40,799 nt of DNA from an uncultured bacterium. Its GTDB lineage: Bacteria > SAR324 > NAC60-12. Location of the stretch: positions 1 through 40,799 of the forward strand of contig CAXGMD010000022.1 in the NCBI GenBank assembly GCA_964010765.1, in the 5' to 3' direction. Below the pieces are notes generated by a model, which worked only from the letters and a program-made list of their open reading frames with translations, had not been told where the DNA came from and ran no database searches. Shown here piece by piece: positions 1 through 10,037 of the stretch (within the stretch, counting starts at the first letter, position 1; every line of letters begins with the position of its first letter). Made by a program: the position numbers and the translations under genes.

Positions 1-1771
1 GTAGCTTGAAATCAGGACCCACCAGATAGGACTCTCCGGTCTCTCCCAGACCGGTACGTTGCAGCATCACCTCATTCAAGGTGCTGTCTGACAGCTGTAA
101 GGCAACTAACAATTGAGTATTTCCCTCCCCCTCTTGAACACCAGACCACGTTTTAATAAATGCCTGCCAATCGTCTTCCTCCTGCAATGAAGCCCTTAGG
201 ATTGGATTGACCAGAAATGCAGCTGGTGCCATTCCACTTGGAGCATATGACTCAAAGTCTATGAAGCTTATGCTTTCTGTACTGATTGCTTGTCGTACCG
301 CTCTGCCCAAATTACTCTCTGAGTAGGGTCCACTCAGTATATTTGTTTGGTAGTCGACATCCTTGGCAACAGTGTAGAAGATCTCACCATCTGGATGGAT
401 CAGAAACAGATCGTAGTATTGATTCAAATCTACATAACTAGCATAGAATTCAGCCCCCTCCTCGTCTCTTGGATTGAGTACTTCGCTGACTGCCATCTCA
501 CTGACTATCACCCAGTTGAATTTTTCAAATGTAAAAGGACTCCAAGCACTTAGCACATACTGGTTCAGATAATTTTTCACTACACCCACCCCTGATTCTC
601 CAAACAGACCCGCCTGGACAGGAGCCGTATCAATCATTGTCCCCATAACGAAGGAGTTATCCATCGAAAATTTTTGAGGATCCAGAAACGAATCAGAACG
701 CAAGCGCAGGTCATTGCCAACAAGGTAAGTCTCCCCGGTCTCCCCTAGACCACTGCGATCACTCATCACATTCTTGAAACGATCCACAGGGAACTGAAAA
801 ATTACCACCCCCAATTGGGTTTGGCCCGTCAAGGTTTCTTCAAAAATAGGAACCGCCGTGAACGCAGCTGGAGCATCAAAACTAGGCCAATACGGCTCAA
901 AATCCTCAACAAAGAACTCCCCGGGAGCATCCGCAGAGTTGGCTAGCTGAAAAATTCTCCCCAACGCTGTCTCAGCAAAAGGTCCATCTACCAAAGAAGT
1001 ACCAAAATCGAGTTCCTTGAAAACGGAATAAACAACTCGACTGCTCTTAGAATCCACAAGGAAAATGTCATAGAATCCATACGTTTGCAGATAGTCTCGG
1101 ATGAATGGCTGCAGTTCAGAGTGGAGCCGACTGTAAGCTGTTTCATCAGGTTTGTTAAGCGCATCTTTCAGCCCAATTGGATTCGGATTATTGACAATAA
1201 AAGCATGCTGCAAAGCAATGCTTGCATCGTCTAACTTAGAGAAATATTTCTCCGTCTCTGGGTCTGTTCCACCATTCAATTGCTGGTAATTTTCAGTAAA
1301 TTCGTTTTCCCAGTATCCTCGTAATTCTTCTCGCATTCTATTGAGATCGGCCTCCTCTAGATTTTGCTCTGGAATATAATTTCGAAAGAAATTGGGCAAG
1401 GCCCACATGCTCTCAACGATCAGCTTGTTTTTTGCTAAGTCGATGCTCTGGGCTTTGATTGTTTGCAGGTACTCCTGCAACGCTAACTGTTTTGCATCTC
1501 GAATTGCAGTCAACTTGTTTTTTGCAGCTATCTGAAAACTTTCTACTGTCTTGCCTGTCACTTCTAGATCACTTTGCTGCTGAGCAAAATAAGTCTCTAG
1601 CTGCTGCTGTTTATTCTCACGCAGTCCGCTCAGTTGTTCATAGGTTTGTGTAACTAATGAAGTAGTAGCCACTAGTACACCAACGGCTGTCAGCAATATG
1701 GCTGGCACAAAGCCCACAAGCAAAAAACTGCCAACCAGCTTGCGCTGCATTGGAATGTCTTTGAGTCGCAA
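1..1771 (-). CDS. Membrane-anchored sensor, probably a methyl-accepting chemotaxis protein, with duplicated Cache-like periplasmic region; 3' end lies outside the window
   Basis: Not in the ORF track; translated by hand. SD AAGGAGA precedes TTG at 1771, giving MRLKDIPMQRKLVGSFLLVGFVPAILLTAVGVLV (TM helix). Two copies of the block YDIFLVD..YSVFKELDFGTSLVDGP..FEPYWPS.APAAF..GLGETGETYLVG / YDLFLIH..YTVAKDVDYQTNILSGP..FESYAPS.APAAF..GLGETGESYLVG. Frame is open to position 2. The output domain is not visible. Confidence 0.85.
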   Translation of the reverse strand, partial: MRLKDIPMQRKLVGSFLLVGFVPAILLTAVGVLVATTSLVTQTYEQLSGLRENKQQQLETYFAQQQSDLEVTGKTVESFQIAAKNKLTAIRDAKQLALQEYLQTIKAQSIDLAKNKLIVESMWALPNFFRNYIPEQNLEEADLNRMREELRGYWENEFTENYQQLNGGTDPETEKYFSKLDDASIALQHAFIVNNPNPIGLKDALNKPDETAYSRLHSELQPFIRDYLQTYGFYDIFLVDSKSSRVVYSVFKELDFGTSLVDGPFAETALGRIFQLANSADAPGEFFVEDFEPYWPSFDAPAAFTAVPIFEETLTGQTQLGVVIFQFPVDRFKNVMSDRSGLGETGETYLVGNDLRLRSDSFLDPQKFSMDNSFVMGTMIDTAPVQAGLFGESGVGVVKNYLNQYVLSAWSPFTFEKFNWVIVSEMAVSEVLNPRDEEGAEFYASYVDLNQYYDLFLIHPDGEIFYTVAKDVDYQTNILSGPYSESNLGRAVRQAISTESISFIDFESYAPSGMAPAAFLVNPILRASLQEEDDWQAFIKTWSGVQEGEGNTQLLVALQLSDSTLNEVMLQRTGLGETGESYLVGPDFKL

Positions 1772-1865
1772 GGTCTTCTCCTTGTTACAGGAACAGAGCT
1801 AGGAAGATTTGAAGGACTTGAGAATATTTTAGAGAGGACGAGGAGACGAGAGCGGCAGTCAGGAA

Positions 1866-2330
1866 TTACTTGGCAGATTCCAACGCGTAGATGAATTCCT
1901 TGGCTTCGTGAAGTGTACAGTCCGTATAGCTGCGAACTAGTTGAATGGCTTCAAATTTACGCCCAGCGTTCAGCAGTGCTAAGACTTCTGCCTCCAGTTC
2001 TGCCTCTTCCTCTTGGTCCATCGTCCAATTGTCCCAATCGGGAAACCATTGGTTGTCATATAACCAGTTATTGAGAAAGTACACTTGGGTTCGTAAGACA
2101 AGCAAGTTACAAAGAATTGCGCTACCGATACTTAACAGTAGAGCTTCTGCCTGAGTAACAGGAAGATATTGTGGCAAAACAAGGCTGGTTGAGCCAATCA
2201 AAGCCATCCAGGAGAGTGCACCAGCCCAAGGCAACCATCTTCTAGGTGCTGTTTGGGATGACGGAAGCAGATCTTCTGAAGAATCCTGCGATCGCTCGTG
2301 TTTGGCTGCTTGCATGTCACCCGGTTTCAC
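1866..2330 (-). CDS. Two-TM membrane protein with C-terminal ribosomal L7/L12-CTD-like domain
   Basis: Two hydrophobic segments followed by GRKFEAIQLVRSYTDCTLHEAKEFI, resembling the KI.AIK.VR..TG.GL.EAK..V motif. Start codon uncertain (GTG 2330 or ATG 2315). Confidence 0.7.
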   Translation of the reverse strand: MKPGDMQAAKHERSQDSSEDLLPSSQTAPRRWLPWAGALSWMALIGSTSLVLPQYLPVTQAEALLLSIGSAILCNLLVLRTQVYFLNNWLYDNQWFPDWDNWTMDQEEEAELEAEVLALLNAGRKFEAIQLVRSYTDCTLHEAKEFIYALESAK

Positions 2331-2420
2331 AAGAGAGAGTGAGTAATAAAGGGATATCTCTCAATCTGCAATCACCATTCCTTTTCAGAAACAGCGCTTA
2401 GAACCTAGGCTGGAAGGGAA

Positions 2421-3062
2421 TTATTGCAGAAAGGGGTTGTGTTGCTTCTCGTGACCAATCGTTGATTCAGGCCCGTGTCCAGGAACAAACGCAAAGTCAT
2501 CATCCAAGAGCAGGAGCTGGGTACGAATGGACTCCAGCAACTGTGCATGGTTTCCACGTGGGAAGTCCGTCCGACCAATTGAGCCTTGAAAGAGCACATC
2601 ACCCACCCAAACCCGGCGGGACAGTTCGTGGATCAGCACCACATGCCCAGGAGTGTGTCCTGGACAATGACGAACCTGTAGAGCTTGTTCTCCAACGGTT
2701 ACCTCGTCACCCTGATGGAGCCAACGGTTTGGAAGAAAAGCAGACACCCTTGGGAAGTTAAAGTAGCGACTCTGCTCATCCAGGGCTTCAATCCAAAACA
2801 GATCATCTTCATGGGGACCTTCTACCGGCACACCAAGTCGCTCAACCATCTCCCCTGTCGCTCCAACGTGATCTAGATGGCCATGGGTCAGGATGATCTT
2901 CTCCAGTGTAAGATCAGCTTTTTCCAGAATTCCCAGTAAACGATCCACTTCCCCCCCTGGATCCACAAAGGCAGCTTGGCGAGTTGTTTCACACCAGATC
3001 AAGGAACAGTTCTGAACAAAGGGGGTGACAGGACAAATTCGATAACCGAGACCAGACATCAA
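2421..3062 (-). CDS. gloC: MBL-fold metallo-hydrolase, glyoxalase II-like (GloC/YcbL family)
   Basis: THGHLDHVG metal-binding motif, PGHTPGH, GDVLFQGSIGRTDFP, PGHGPESTIGHEK..NPFL. Confidence 0.88.
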   Translation of the reverse strand: MMSGLGYRICPVTPFVQNCSLIWCETTRQAAFVDPGGEVDRLLGILEKADLTLEKIILTHGHLDHVGATGEMVERLGVPVEGPHEDDLFWIEALDEQSRYFNFPRVSAFLPNRWLHQGDEVTVGEQALQVRHCPGHTPGHVVLIHELSRRVWVGDVLFQGSIGRTDFPRGNHAQLLESIRTQLLLLDDDFAFVPGHGPESTIGHEKQHNPFLQ

Positions 3063-3082
3063 AGCTCCAAAGGAAGGAAAAT

Positions 3083-3451
3083 TCAGGAAGGATCCTCGCA
3101 GACTCGCTCAAAGGTGGCAAAGGTCCAGCCGTAACACTGGCCTAAATCACAGGCCTTGCGCCAGTCAGTACAGGCGGGCTCACGCTGTTTCAAGTAATAG
3201 TAAGCATTACCACGCAGATAGTGTCCTTCTGCGTGCTCTGGGAATTCCAAGAGCAGCTGGTTCAGCTTCTCCAAACCCACTTCATAGCGATGAGCCCGCA
3301 GGTAGGCTTGCCCCTGACGTAGCAAAGACTGTTCATGGTTGTAGCTACGAACTTCCTCTTGAAAAGCCGACTGGGCCAACTGCGTAGTTGGACAGCATAA
3401 CCCACCAAGAAAAAGCCAGATCCACCACAAACGACTATTGTTCCAGACCAT
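3083..3451 (-). CDS. Secreted or membrane-anchored TPR protein
   Basis: Hydrophobic N-terminus and a TPR-like segment GHYLRGNAYYYLKQREPACTDWRKACDLG. ATG at 3451 overlaps the upstream TGA (TGATG), so it is preferred over the track start at 3481. Confidence 0.7.
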   Translation of the reverse strand: MVWNNSRLWWIWLFLGGLCCPTTQLAQSAFQEEVRSYNHEQSLLRQGQAYLRAHRYEVGLEKLNQLLLEFPEHAEGHYLRGNAYYYLKQREPACTDWRKACDLGQCYGWTFATFERVCEDPS

Positions 3452-3663
3452 CAGGATTGGGAGGCTCTTGCTCGTTCCCAAAAGAAAAATGCACCCCAGC
3501 CCACTACAACCGGCAGCACTCCTACCAGCAGAAAATTGGACACATCGATGCCCTCAAAAAAACGCAGTCGATTGTCTTCAAAATTGACCACTAGGCTGGT
3601 GAAGACATGAAAAATCACCCACATACCTGAGAATGCAGCAAAGACAAAACGCTTTCCTGACAC
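3451..3663 (-). CDS. Small two-TM membrane protein (70 aa)
   Basis: Two hydrophobic helices. GTG start overlaps the MTase stop (TAGTG) and its own stop overlaps the next ATG. Confidence 0.65.
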   Translation of the reverse strand: MSGKRFVFAAFSGMWVIFHVFTSLVVNFEDNRLRFFEGIDVSNFLLVGVLPVVVGWGAFFFWERARASQS

Positions 3664-4940
3664 TATTCTTCCTCCTCCTCTGTTGGGATAGGACTAGATG
3701 GCCGAGCCTGCACTTGATTTCTTAACCAGATCAGGTGTTCCCAGCGACCACTTTCTCCAAAATCTTCTTTCAATTGTTCTTCGTAGACGGGACGGCGCAC
3801 CGAGGCGGCACCCTCCACAGCCCAACCGACACTGTCTGCATACTTTTCAACATATTCCAGTGCATCTGTCTTGTGACCTTGGTCCACCCAGTCTCCCAAG
3901 ACCAAGAAGCAATGTCCACCCGATACCGTTACTTGCCGCATTTTCAACATACACGTACGGAATACTTCTTTCCACTGTGCAGCCGAATGCTGTCGTCGTG
4001 TGCCAATCTCCTTCAGCGCGAGTTCCTGAATGGAGAAGTGCAACCAGCGCAGCCGTAAGCGATGATGATCAAGGTAGTCATAGGTTCCTGGATAGGGTGG
4101 ACTAGTGATCAGACAATCGAACGGATCACAACCTTGTGGCAAGCTCAATTCCCGCGCATCCTGCTGCCAAATTTGTGGCCGCATTTTTGGGTCAGGAAGA
4201 CGTCGACTCAGGTCCTGCTGACGTTCCAGCACTTCTCGGGTCTTTCGCTGCATCCACAAAGAAAAAGCTCCACGTGGAAAATTCCCTTTTTCCTTTTTTT
4301 CGCCGTCATTCCCTTCTTCAATGCGACGGGAAAACTTGCCAACCAAACTGGAAAAAACAAAGCGTAAGGTATCTCGATCTGGACCTGGATAGAGCTGTTC
4401 CAAGCAATCCGACCACTGAAGCATCTCAGCAAAGATGTGGGGCTGGTAGTGAGTTTTCAACATGGACAAGTGGGGATGCTCGACTCGGATCTTGTCACGA
4501 CGCCGTCGCTCGACTTCATTTTGGAGAAATTCCAAGGCATTCCAGACCATTACAGCGTGCTTGGGCAGACGACCACGGCATCGCTCCCGGGCAACCAGAG
4601 CTGCAATTGGATTAATATCGTTGCCTGTGACCTCCCATCCTCGGCAAAGGCTCTCAACCAACAGTGTTCCCCCACCCATGAAGGGATCACACAAGCGGGG
4701 TGGACGATCTCTATGTTCCTGTGCCAACCACTTCAAAATAGTACGAGGCAAATTAGGATGGAAGCGCGCAGGATAGGGATGCAGCCCATGGGTCAAGGAA
4801 TAGCCCTCACGTCCCTGAGGAGGGGTACGCAGGGAATTTTCCAGCATCCTTCCTTCACGTCCTTGGTGACGAGATTCAAGATTAGCTTGGGAGGCAGAAC
4901 GTCGAATGCGACGAAACTTCGGTTCAGCTTCAGCAGTCAT
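3663..4940 (-). CDS. Orphan amino-DNA methyltransferase, probably m4C, with SAM-binding motif before the catalytic motif
   Basis: THGLHPYPARFHP, SAM-binding DPFMGGGT..GNDINP, catalytic ITSPPY. Confidence 0.8.
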   Translation of the reverse strand: MTAEAEPKFRRIRRSASQANLESRHQGREGRMLENSLRTPPQGREGYSLTHGLHPYPARFHPNLPRTILKWLAQEHRDRPPRLCDPFMGGGTLLVESLCRGWEVTGNDINPIAALVARERCRGRLPKHAVMVWNALEFLQNEVERRRRDKIRVEHPHLSMLKTHYQPHIFAEMLQWSDCLEQLYPGPDRDTLRFVFSSLVGKFSRRIEEGNDGEKKEKGNFPRGAFSLWMQRKTREVLERQQDLSRRLPDPKMRPQIWQQDARELSLPQGCDPFDCLITSPPYPGTYDYLDHHRLRLRWLHFSIQELALKEIGTRRQHSAAQWKEVFRTCMLKMRQVTVSGGHCFLVLGDWVDQGHKTDALEYVEKYADSVGWAVEGAASVRRPVYEEQLKEDFGESGRWEHLIWLRNQVQARPSSPIPTEEEEE

Positions 4941-4964
4941 TGGATCTTGGGAAAGAGTTCTTGT

Positions 4965-5300
4965 TCAGACACTGCCAGGATCACCGGCTTTTAGGGCAAC
5001 TCGTCCTTCTGCGTTTCCAAGTGCTTGGTAGGCATGATAGCGAGCCTGGTTGCAGCGTTCACACTCGCAGCCAAGTTCATCCCTCAGCAGGGCTTCTTCC
5101 TGGGATGCAAGTAGTTCACGCAGCGCTTCATAGAGTTTTGGTGCAGCAGCCAGTAGGTGTAGCGTGTTTCGCCACTCTTCATCTTCTTGGGCAGGCAGTT
5201 CGAGGATGGTCGTTCCTTCCTTTGTGCAAATCCGGAAGCAGTGGCGATCATGGTGATAGTGGAGCTGCCAGGGTCCAGGAAGGTACGCCGATTGGCTCAT
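4965..5300 (-). CDS. Hypothetical protein resembling the phage 'TPGPW...LIAAAPELLEAL...AIAKAEG' family
   Basis: YLPGPW near the N-terminus, LLAAAPKLYEALRELL, QALGNAEG near the C-terminus, plus an extra CECERC. ATGA overlap with the upstream gene. Confidence 0.7.
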   Translation of the reverse strand: MSQSAYLPGPWQLHYHHDRHCFRICTKEGTTILELPAQEDEEWRNTLHLLAAAPKLYEALRELLASQEEALLRDELGCECERCNQARYHAYQALGNAEGRVALKAGDPGSV

Positions 5301-6142
5301 TCAGTCTTCTGCAGCAATATCAACCGATAGGACTTGTGCTTCGAGAAAGAGGCTCCACTCGTTCCTCCAGAGAAGTACTTGCGATGGATCTTCTCAATTT
5401 TCTTGCGGTAGAGTGTGGAAACACCCCAAGCCAACCAGGCCGCATTGCTACGGGTATAGTAGGCAACAGCATTCCAGATTGGTTGAACAACCTCACGGAG
5501 CAGGCTATCCATCAGATCCAGAGAAGGAGCAGTCTCTTTGGTGATGTCTTGATCCAATAAGATTTGCAGAGGATAGCCACCAAGCACCTGATAGAAATTT
5601 TCTAATCGATGGCCCCCACTGATCGGACTCTTCGTGTCAGTAGGAATCGTGAAAAAATCACAAATCAGCAGATGTCCTGACGGATTCAGGCGAGCCAGTG
5701 TTTCTTCTAATGCTGCTTCCAGGTGGAGATACTGGAAGCTCTCACTGCAGAGGACCAGATCATACTTTCGATCCGTTTTCAGATCTTCGTAGCGGCATTC
5801 AAAGATCGTCACATCCGAACCCAGCAAACCTCGAGCATAGTTCGTCAGGTAGGGACTGGGCGAAACACAGTCAACCTCGTAGCCGTGCTCAATCATCTTT
5901 TGAGCAAACTTCCCAGAACCACAGCCAACATCCAAAATACGTTTGACTCCCTTTGGGATCGTCTCCAGCAACAAGTTGGCGTAGTTTTCCTGAGCCTGCA
6001 GCACATTGGCCGGTTCAACACTCAGTTCAGGTGTCCAGAAACCATAGTGCAGGTACTCTGTCTTGTAGAAGTGACGAGCGACTGCCAGACCAACGTCCAG
6101 TCCAATTTCTTTGAGTTCAACCTTGGGCACTTGGGATTCCAT
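5297..6142 (-). CDS. Class I SAM-dependent small-molecule methyltransferase (sterol/tocopherol-MT-like)
   Basis: YLHYGFW, ILDVGCGSG, YDLVLCSESFQY, GHLLICDFF. Confidence 0.85.
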   Translation of the reverse strand: MESQVPKVELKEIGLDVGLAVARHFYKTEYLHYGFWTPELSVEPANVLQAQENYANLLLETIPKGVKRILDVGCGSGKFAQKMIEHGYEVDCVSPSPYLTNYARGLLGSDVTIFECRYEDLKTDRKYDLVLCSESFQYLHLEAALEETLARLNPSGHLLICDFFTIPTDTKSPISGGHRLENFYQVLGGYPLQILLDQDITKETAPSLDLMDSLLREVVQPIWNAVAYYTRSNAAWLAWGVSTLYRKKIEKIHRKYFSGGTSGASFSKHKSYRLILLQKTE

Positions 6143-6158
6143 GATGGCTTGTGAAGAG

Positions 6159-6180
6159 GGAGGCTAGTCAAACAGCCTCC
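6159..6180 (-). terminator. Hairpin downstream of gap (weak terminator or RNA-stability element)
   Basis: GGAGGCT-8nt-AGCCTCC inverted repeat; no strong U-tract. Confidence 0.35.
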
Positions 6181-6194
6181 GTGCGGTAGGAAGA

Positions 6195-7217
<1,023 letters not shown>

Positions 7218-7239
7218 TTAGATACTTACAGGGGGTGAA

Positions 7240-7917
7240 TCAATTTTTATGTTTTTCGGTAATGCCGTCAGGACTACCAATGATGAGTCGGTCTGTCATG
7301 TCTACAAAAAGACCGTTCTCGACCACTCCAGGCAACTGATTCAGTTGGTGGTTGAGCTTTGGAGCATCTTCTATTTGTGATAGGGCGCAATCAATAATGT
7401 AGTGACCTTGATCGGTGACAAAAGGCTTTCCTTCTCGTTGGCGCAGAGTAGGAACGCCTCCAAATTGTTCTAATTGCCGCCTGGTGACTTCCCAACCGAA
7501 AGGAATGACCTCTACTGCTAGAGGGAAAGCCCCAAGACAGTCTACACACTTGCTGACATCCACCATGATGATGCGTTGACGAGCCGCTGAAGCAACAATT
7601 TTCTCTCGGAGCAAGGCACCACCTCCTCCTTTGATTAGATTCAGATCTGGGTCTACCTCATCTGCCCCATCCAAGCAGAGGTCAAGTACTGGTTGCTCTT
7701 CGAGGGTAGTCAGCGGCACACCTTCCGCTATCGCAAGTTGTCGTGTTGCCTCAGAGGTTGGCACTCCCTGAATACGTAGGCCCTGGCGGACTCGCTCACC
7801 AAGAATCTGGACCAGATAGCTGGCTGTCGTTCCAGTTCCCAACCCAAGGATCATTCCATCGGTGATCAGTTCTGCCGCTGCTGCCGCTGCACGCTGCTTG
7901 TTGTTAGATGACACCAT
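7240..7917 (-). CDS. rpiA: Ribose-5-phosphate isomerase A
   Basis: GLGTGTT, DGADEVD, IKGGGGALLREK, PGVVENGLF. Confidence 0.97.
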   Translation of the reverse strand: MVSSNNKQRAAAAAAELITDGMILGLGTGTTASYLVQILGERVRQGLRIQGVPTSEATRQLAIAEGVPLTTLEEQPVLDLCLDGADEVDPDLNLIKGGGGALLREKIVASAARQRIIMVDVSKCVDCLGAFPLAVEVIPFGWEVTRRQLEQFGGVPTLRQREGKPFVTDQGHYIIDCALSQIEDAPKLNHQLNQLPGVVENGLFVDMTDRLIIGSPDGITEKHKN

Positions 7918-9982
7918 CTTCCTTTAGCCATTCGATCAGGGTGTCACGAAGTTGTTCTGGCTCAAAGCCAAACTGCTTGCGGAGCTCTTTCTCTGGTGCA
8001 GAAGCACCAAAATCGCTGTAGCCCAGCAGATAGTCTGCGTACTTGCGCCACGGTCCTTCACTACCAGCTTCGATCGAAACCACCAATGAATCTGCAGGAA
8101 ACAAGTAGTCTTGGAAGCTCGGATCCTCATATTCCATTGCCTCAATGCAGGGCATCGATACATGGCGAGTTGGGATTCCAAGTTGCTGAAGTTCCAAGCG
8201 CAGTTGCTGGGTTGCTCCCCCTTCAGAGCCTGTCGAAATTAAAACCAGACCGGGACAGTCTGGATTTTTCAGAGTGTGTGCTGCCTGCTCATCCAGTTCA
8301 TAAGAAAAATCCTGAACAATGTAGGCACCACGGAGCATATCTCGCGGATCAAAGTCTTCCATCCGCTCCAACACTGCAGTCTTTTGACGAGTCAGCAGGA
8401 TTGCAGCAGGAGTAAACACATGATCACGCCCAAGCACGTAGGCCCATGCTGCAGCAGTCTCCAGAGCATCTGATGGACGCCAAACTTCTAACTCAGGAAT
8501 CAAACGTAGTGCCCACGCATGCTCAATCGGTTGATGCGTTGGTCCATCTTCACCAACTGCGTACGAGTCATGAGTAAACACAAAAATCGAAGAAATTCCG
8601 GAGAGAGCTGCCAGCCGCAGCGAAGGGCGCATGTAGTCAGAGAAAACCAGAAAGGTCGAACCGAAAACCTGAAATCCTCCAAACAGGGAGATTCCATTGA
8701 CGATGGAACCCATCGCGTGCTCACGGATTCCAAAGTGGATGTTCCGTCCAGAGAAGGAAGGATCGGGCAACACTTGACTGTCCAGGGAAGCTGGCACAAT
8801 GCTCTGGGCATTCTTGATTAGTGTCTTGGTGCTGGGTTCAAGATCGGCAGAACCTCCAACCAGACCAGGAAGCAACTTGGCCGCCTGCTGAATCACTAAC
8901 CCAGAAAGTGACCTTGTTGCATCTACTTTGTCAGCTACGGCAGGAATCAATTCTTCGAGTAATTGATCTTCGCCGTAGGGAGGCTCCCAGTGTTGGTTCC
9001 AGATTTTTGCTTTCTCTGGATGAGCGGATTGCCACTGACTGAAGAGCTCCTGCCAGTGCTCGTATTCTTCAATGTTTTCCACCTTTCGGTTTGCGAAAAC
9101 TGCTCGAACCTCTTCTGGCACATGGAAGCGTTCACTATGCTCCCAGCCAAGTGCCTCTCTTGTAGCAGCCAACTCTTCATCACCCAGTGGTGACCCATGA
9201 ATATCGGACGTTCCTTGCTTGTTTGGAGAGCCTTTGCCGATGGTGGTTTTAGCGATAATTAGAGAGGGCTTACCCCCCTCAGCTCGCGCAGCTTCAACAG
9301 CCTGTACAATTTGATCGTGATCGTGTCCATTGCAATACTGAACGTGCCATCCATAGGCCTCAAAGCGCTGTCCAACGTTTTCACTCATTGCTAAGCGGGC
9401 ATCTCCTGCGATGGTAATCTGATTGCTGTCATAAATCGCAATCAGGTTCCCCAGACCCAGGTGTCCTGCCAAGGCAGCAGATTCTGCAGACACGCCTTCC
9501 TGCAGGTCTCCATCGCTACATAGGACATAGATGTTAGCTGTGATAAGAGGGAAGTCTTGATCGTTGAAGCGGGCAGCATGCATCTTGGCAGCTAGTGCCA
9601 TCCCCACTCCATTGCTGAACCCTGCACCCAGTGGCCCCGTTGTGCATTCCACACCATCTGTCAATCGAAACTCTGGATGTCCAGGTGTCCGACTGTCCCA
9701 CTGGCGAAACCGCTTCAATTCCTCCTTTGGCAAATCATAGCCAGCCAAGTGCAGCATTGCGTAAAGCAAAGCCGAGGCATGACCCGCAGAAAGGACAAAC
9801 CGATCTCGATTCACCCAGTCTGGCTGATCAGGATTGTAGCGCAGAAACTCTGTCCATAACGCCAGGGTAATATCCGCCAAGCCCATCGGTGCACCTGGGT
9901 GACCGCTGTTGGCGAACTGAACCATATCTGCAGCCAAGAGCCGGATGGTGTTTGCGCACTGTTCCCGAAGTTGGGCTTGCAT
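7904..9982 (-). CDS. tkt: Transketolase
   Basis: SGHPGAPMG, RDRFVLSAGH, DGDLQEG, FGIREHAM, GEDGPTHQP. Confidence 0.97.
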   Translation of the reverse strand: MQAQLREQCANTIRLLAADMVQFANSGHPGAPMGLADITLALWTEFLRYNPDQPDWVNRDRFVLSAGHASALLYAMLHLAGYDLPKEELKRFRQWDSRTPGHPEFRLTDGVECTTGPLGAGFSNGVGMALAAKMHAARFNDQDFPLITANIYVLCSDGDLQEGVSAESAALAGHLGLGNLIAIYDSNQITIAGDARLAMSENVGQRFEAYGWHVQYCNGHDHDQIVQAVEAARAEGGKPSLIIAKTTIGKGSPNKQGTSDIHGSPLGDEELAATREALGWEHSERFHVPEEVRAVFANRKVENIEEYEHWQELFSQWQSAHPEKAKIWNQHWEPPYGEDQLLEELIPAVADKVDATRSLSGLVIQQAAKLLPGLVGGSADLEPSTKTLIKNAQSIVPASLDSQVLPDPSFSGRNIHFGIREHAMGSIVNGISLFGGFQVFGSTFLVFSDYMRPSLRLAALSGISSIFVFTHDSYAVGEDGPTHQPIEHAWALRLIPELEVWRPSDALETAAAWAYVLGRDHVFTPAAILLTRQKTAVLERMEDFDPRDMLRGAYIVQDFSYELDEQAAHTLKNPDCPGLVLISTGSEGGATQQLRLELQQLGIPTRHVSMPCIEAMEYEDPSFQDYLFPADSLVVSIEAGSEGPWRKYADYLLGYSDFGASAPEKELRKQFGFEPEQLRDTLIEWLKEDGVI

Positions 9983-10010
9983 GCAGAGTCTCCAGTGTAA
10001 TCAAGTCAGG

Positions 10011-10033
10011 GATCAGGCCTATTCGGCCTGATC
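10011..10033 (-). terminator. Hairpin between rpoC and tkt
   Basis: Perfect 9-bp stem GATCAGGCC-TATTC-GGCCTGATC just after the rpoC stop; no U-tract. Confidence 0.45.
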
Positions 10034-10037
10034 AAGC

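Noticed and set aside
347..1653. Plus-strand track ORFs 347-553 and 1459-1653
   Set aside because: Both lie antisense within the long chemoreceptor-like frame.
3698..5560. Multiple plus-strand ORFs of 100-206 aa
   Set aside because: Antisense shadows of well-supported minus-strand genes with no recognisable motifs. The same applies to shadow ORFs over rpoBC, nuo, tkt and the adhesin.
3083..6142. Prophage or restriction-modification island
   Set aside because: No integrase, structural genes, att-like repeats or endonuclease motifs were seen; only one phage-like small gene.
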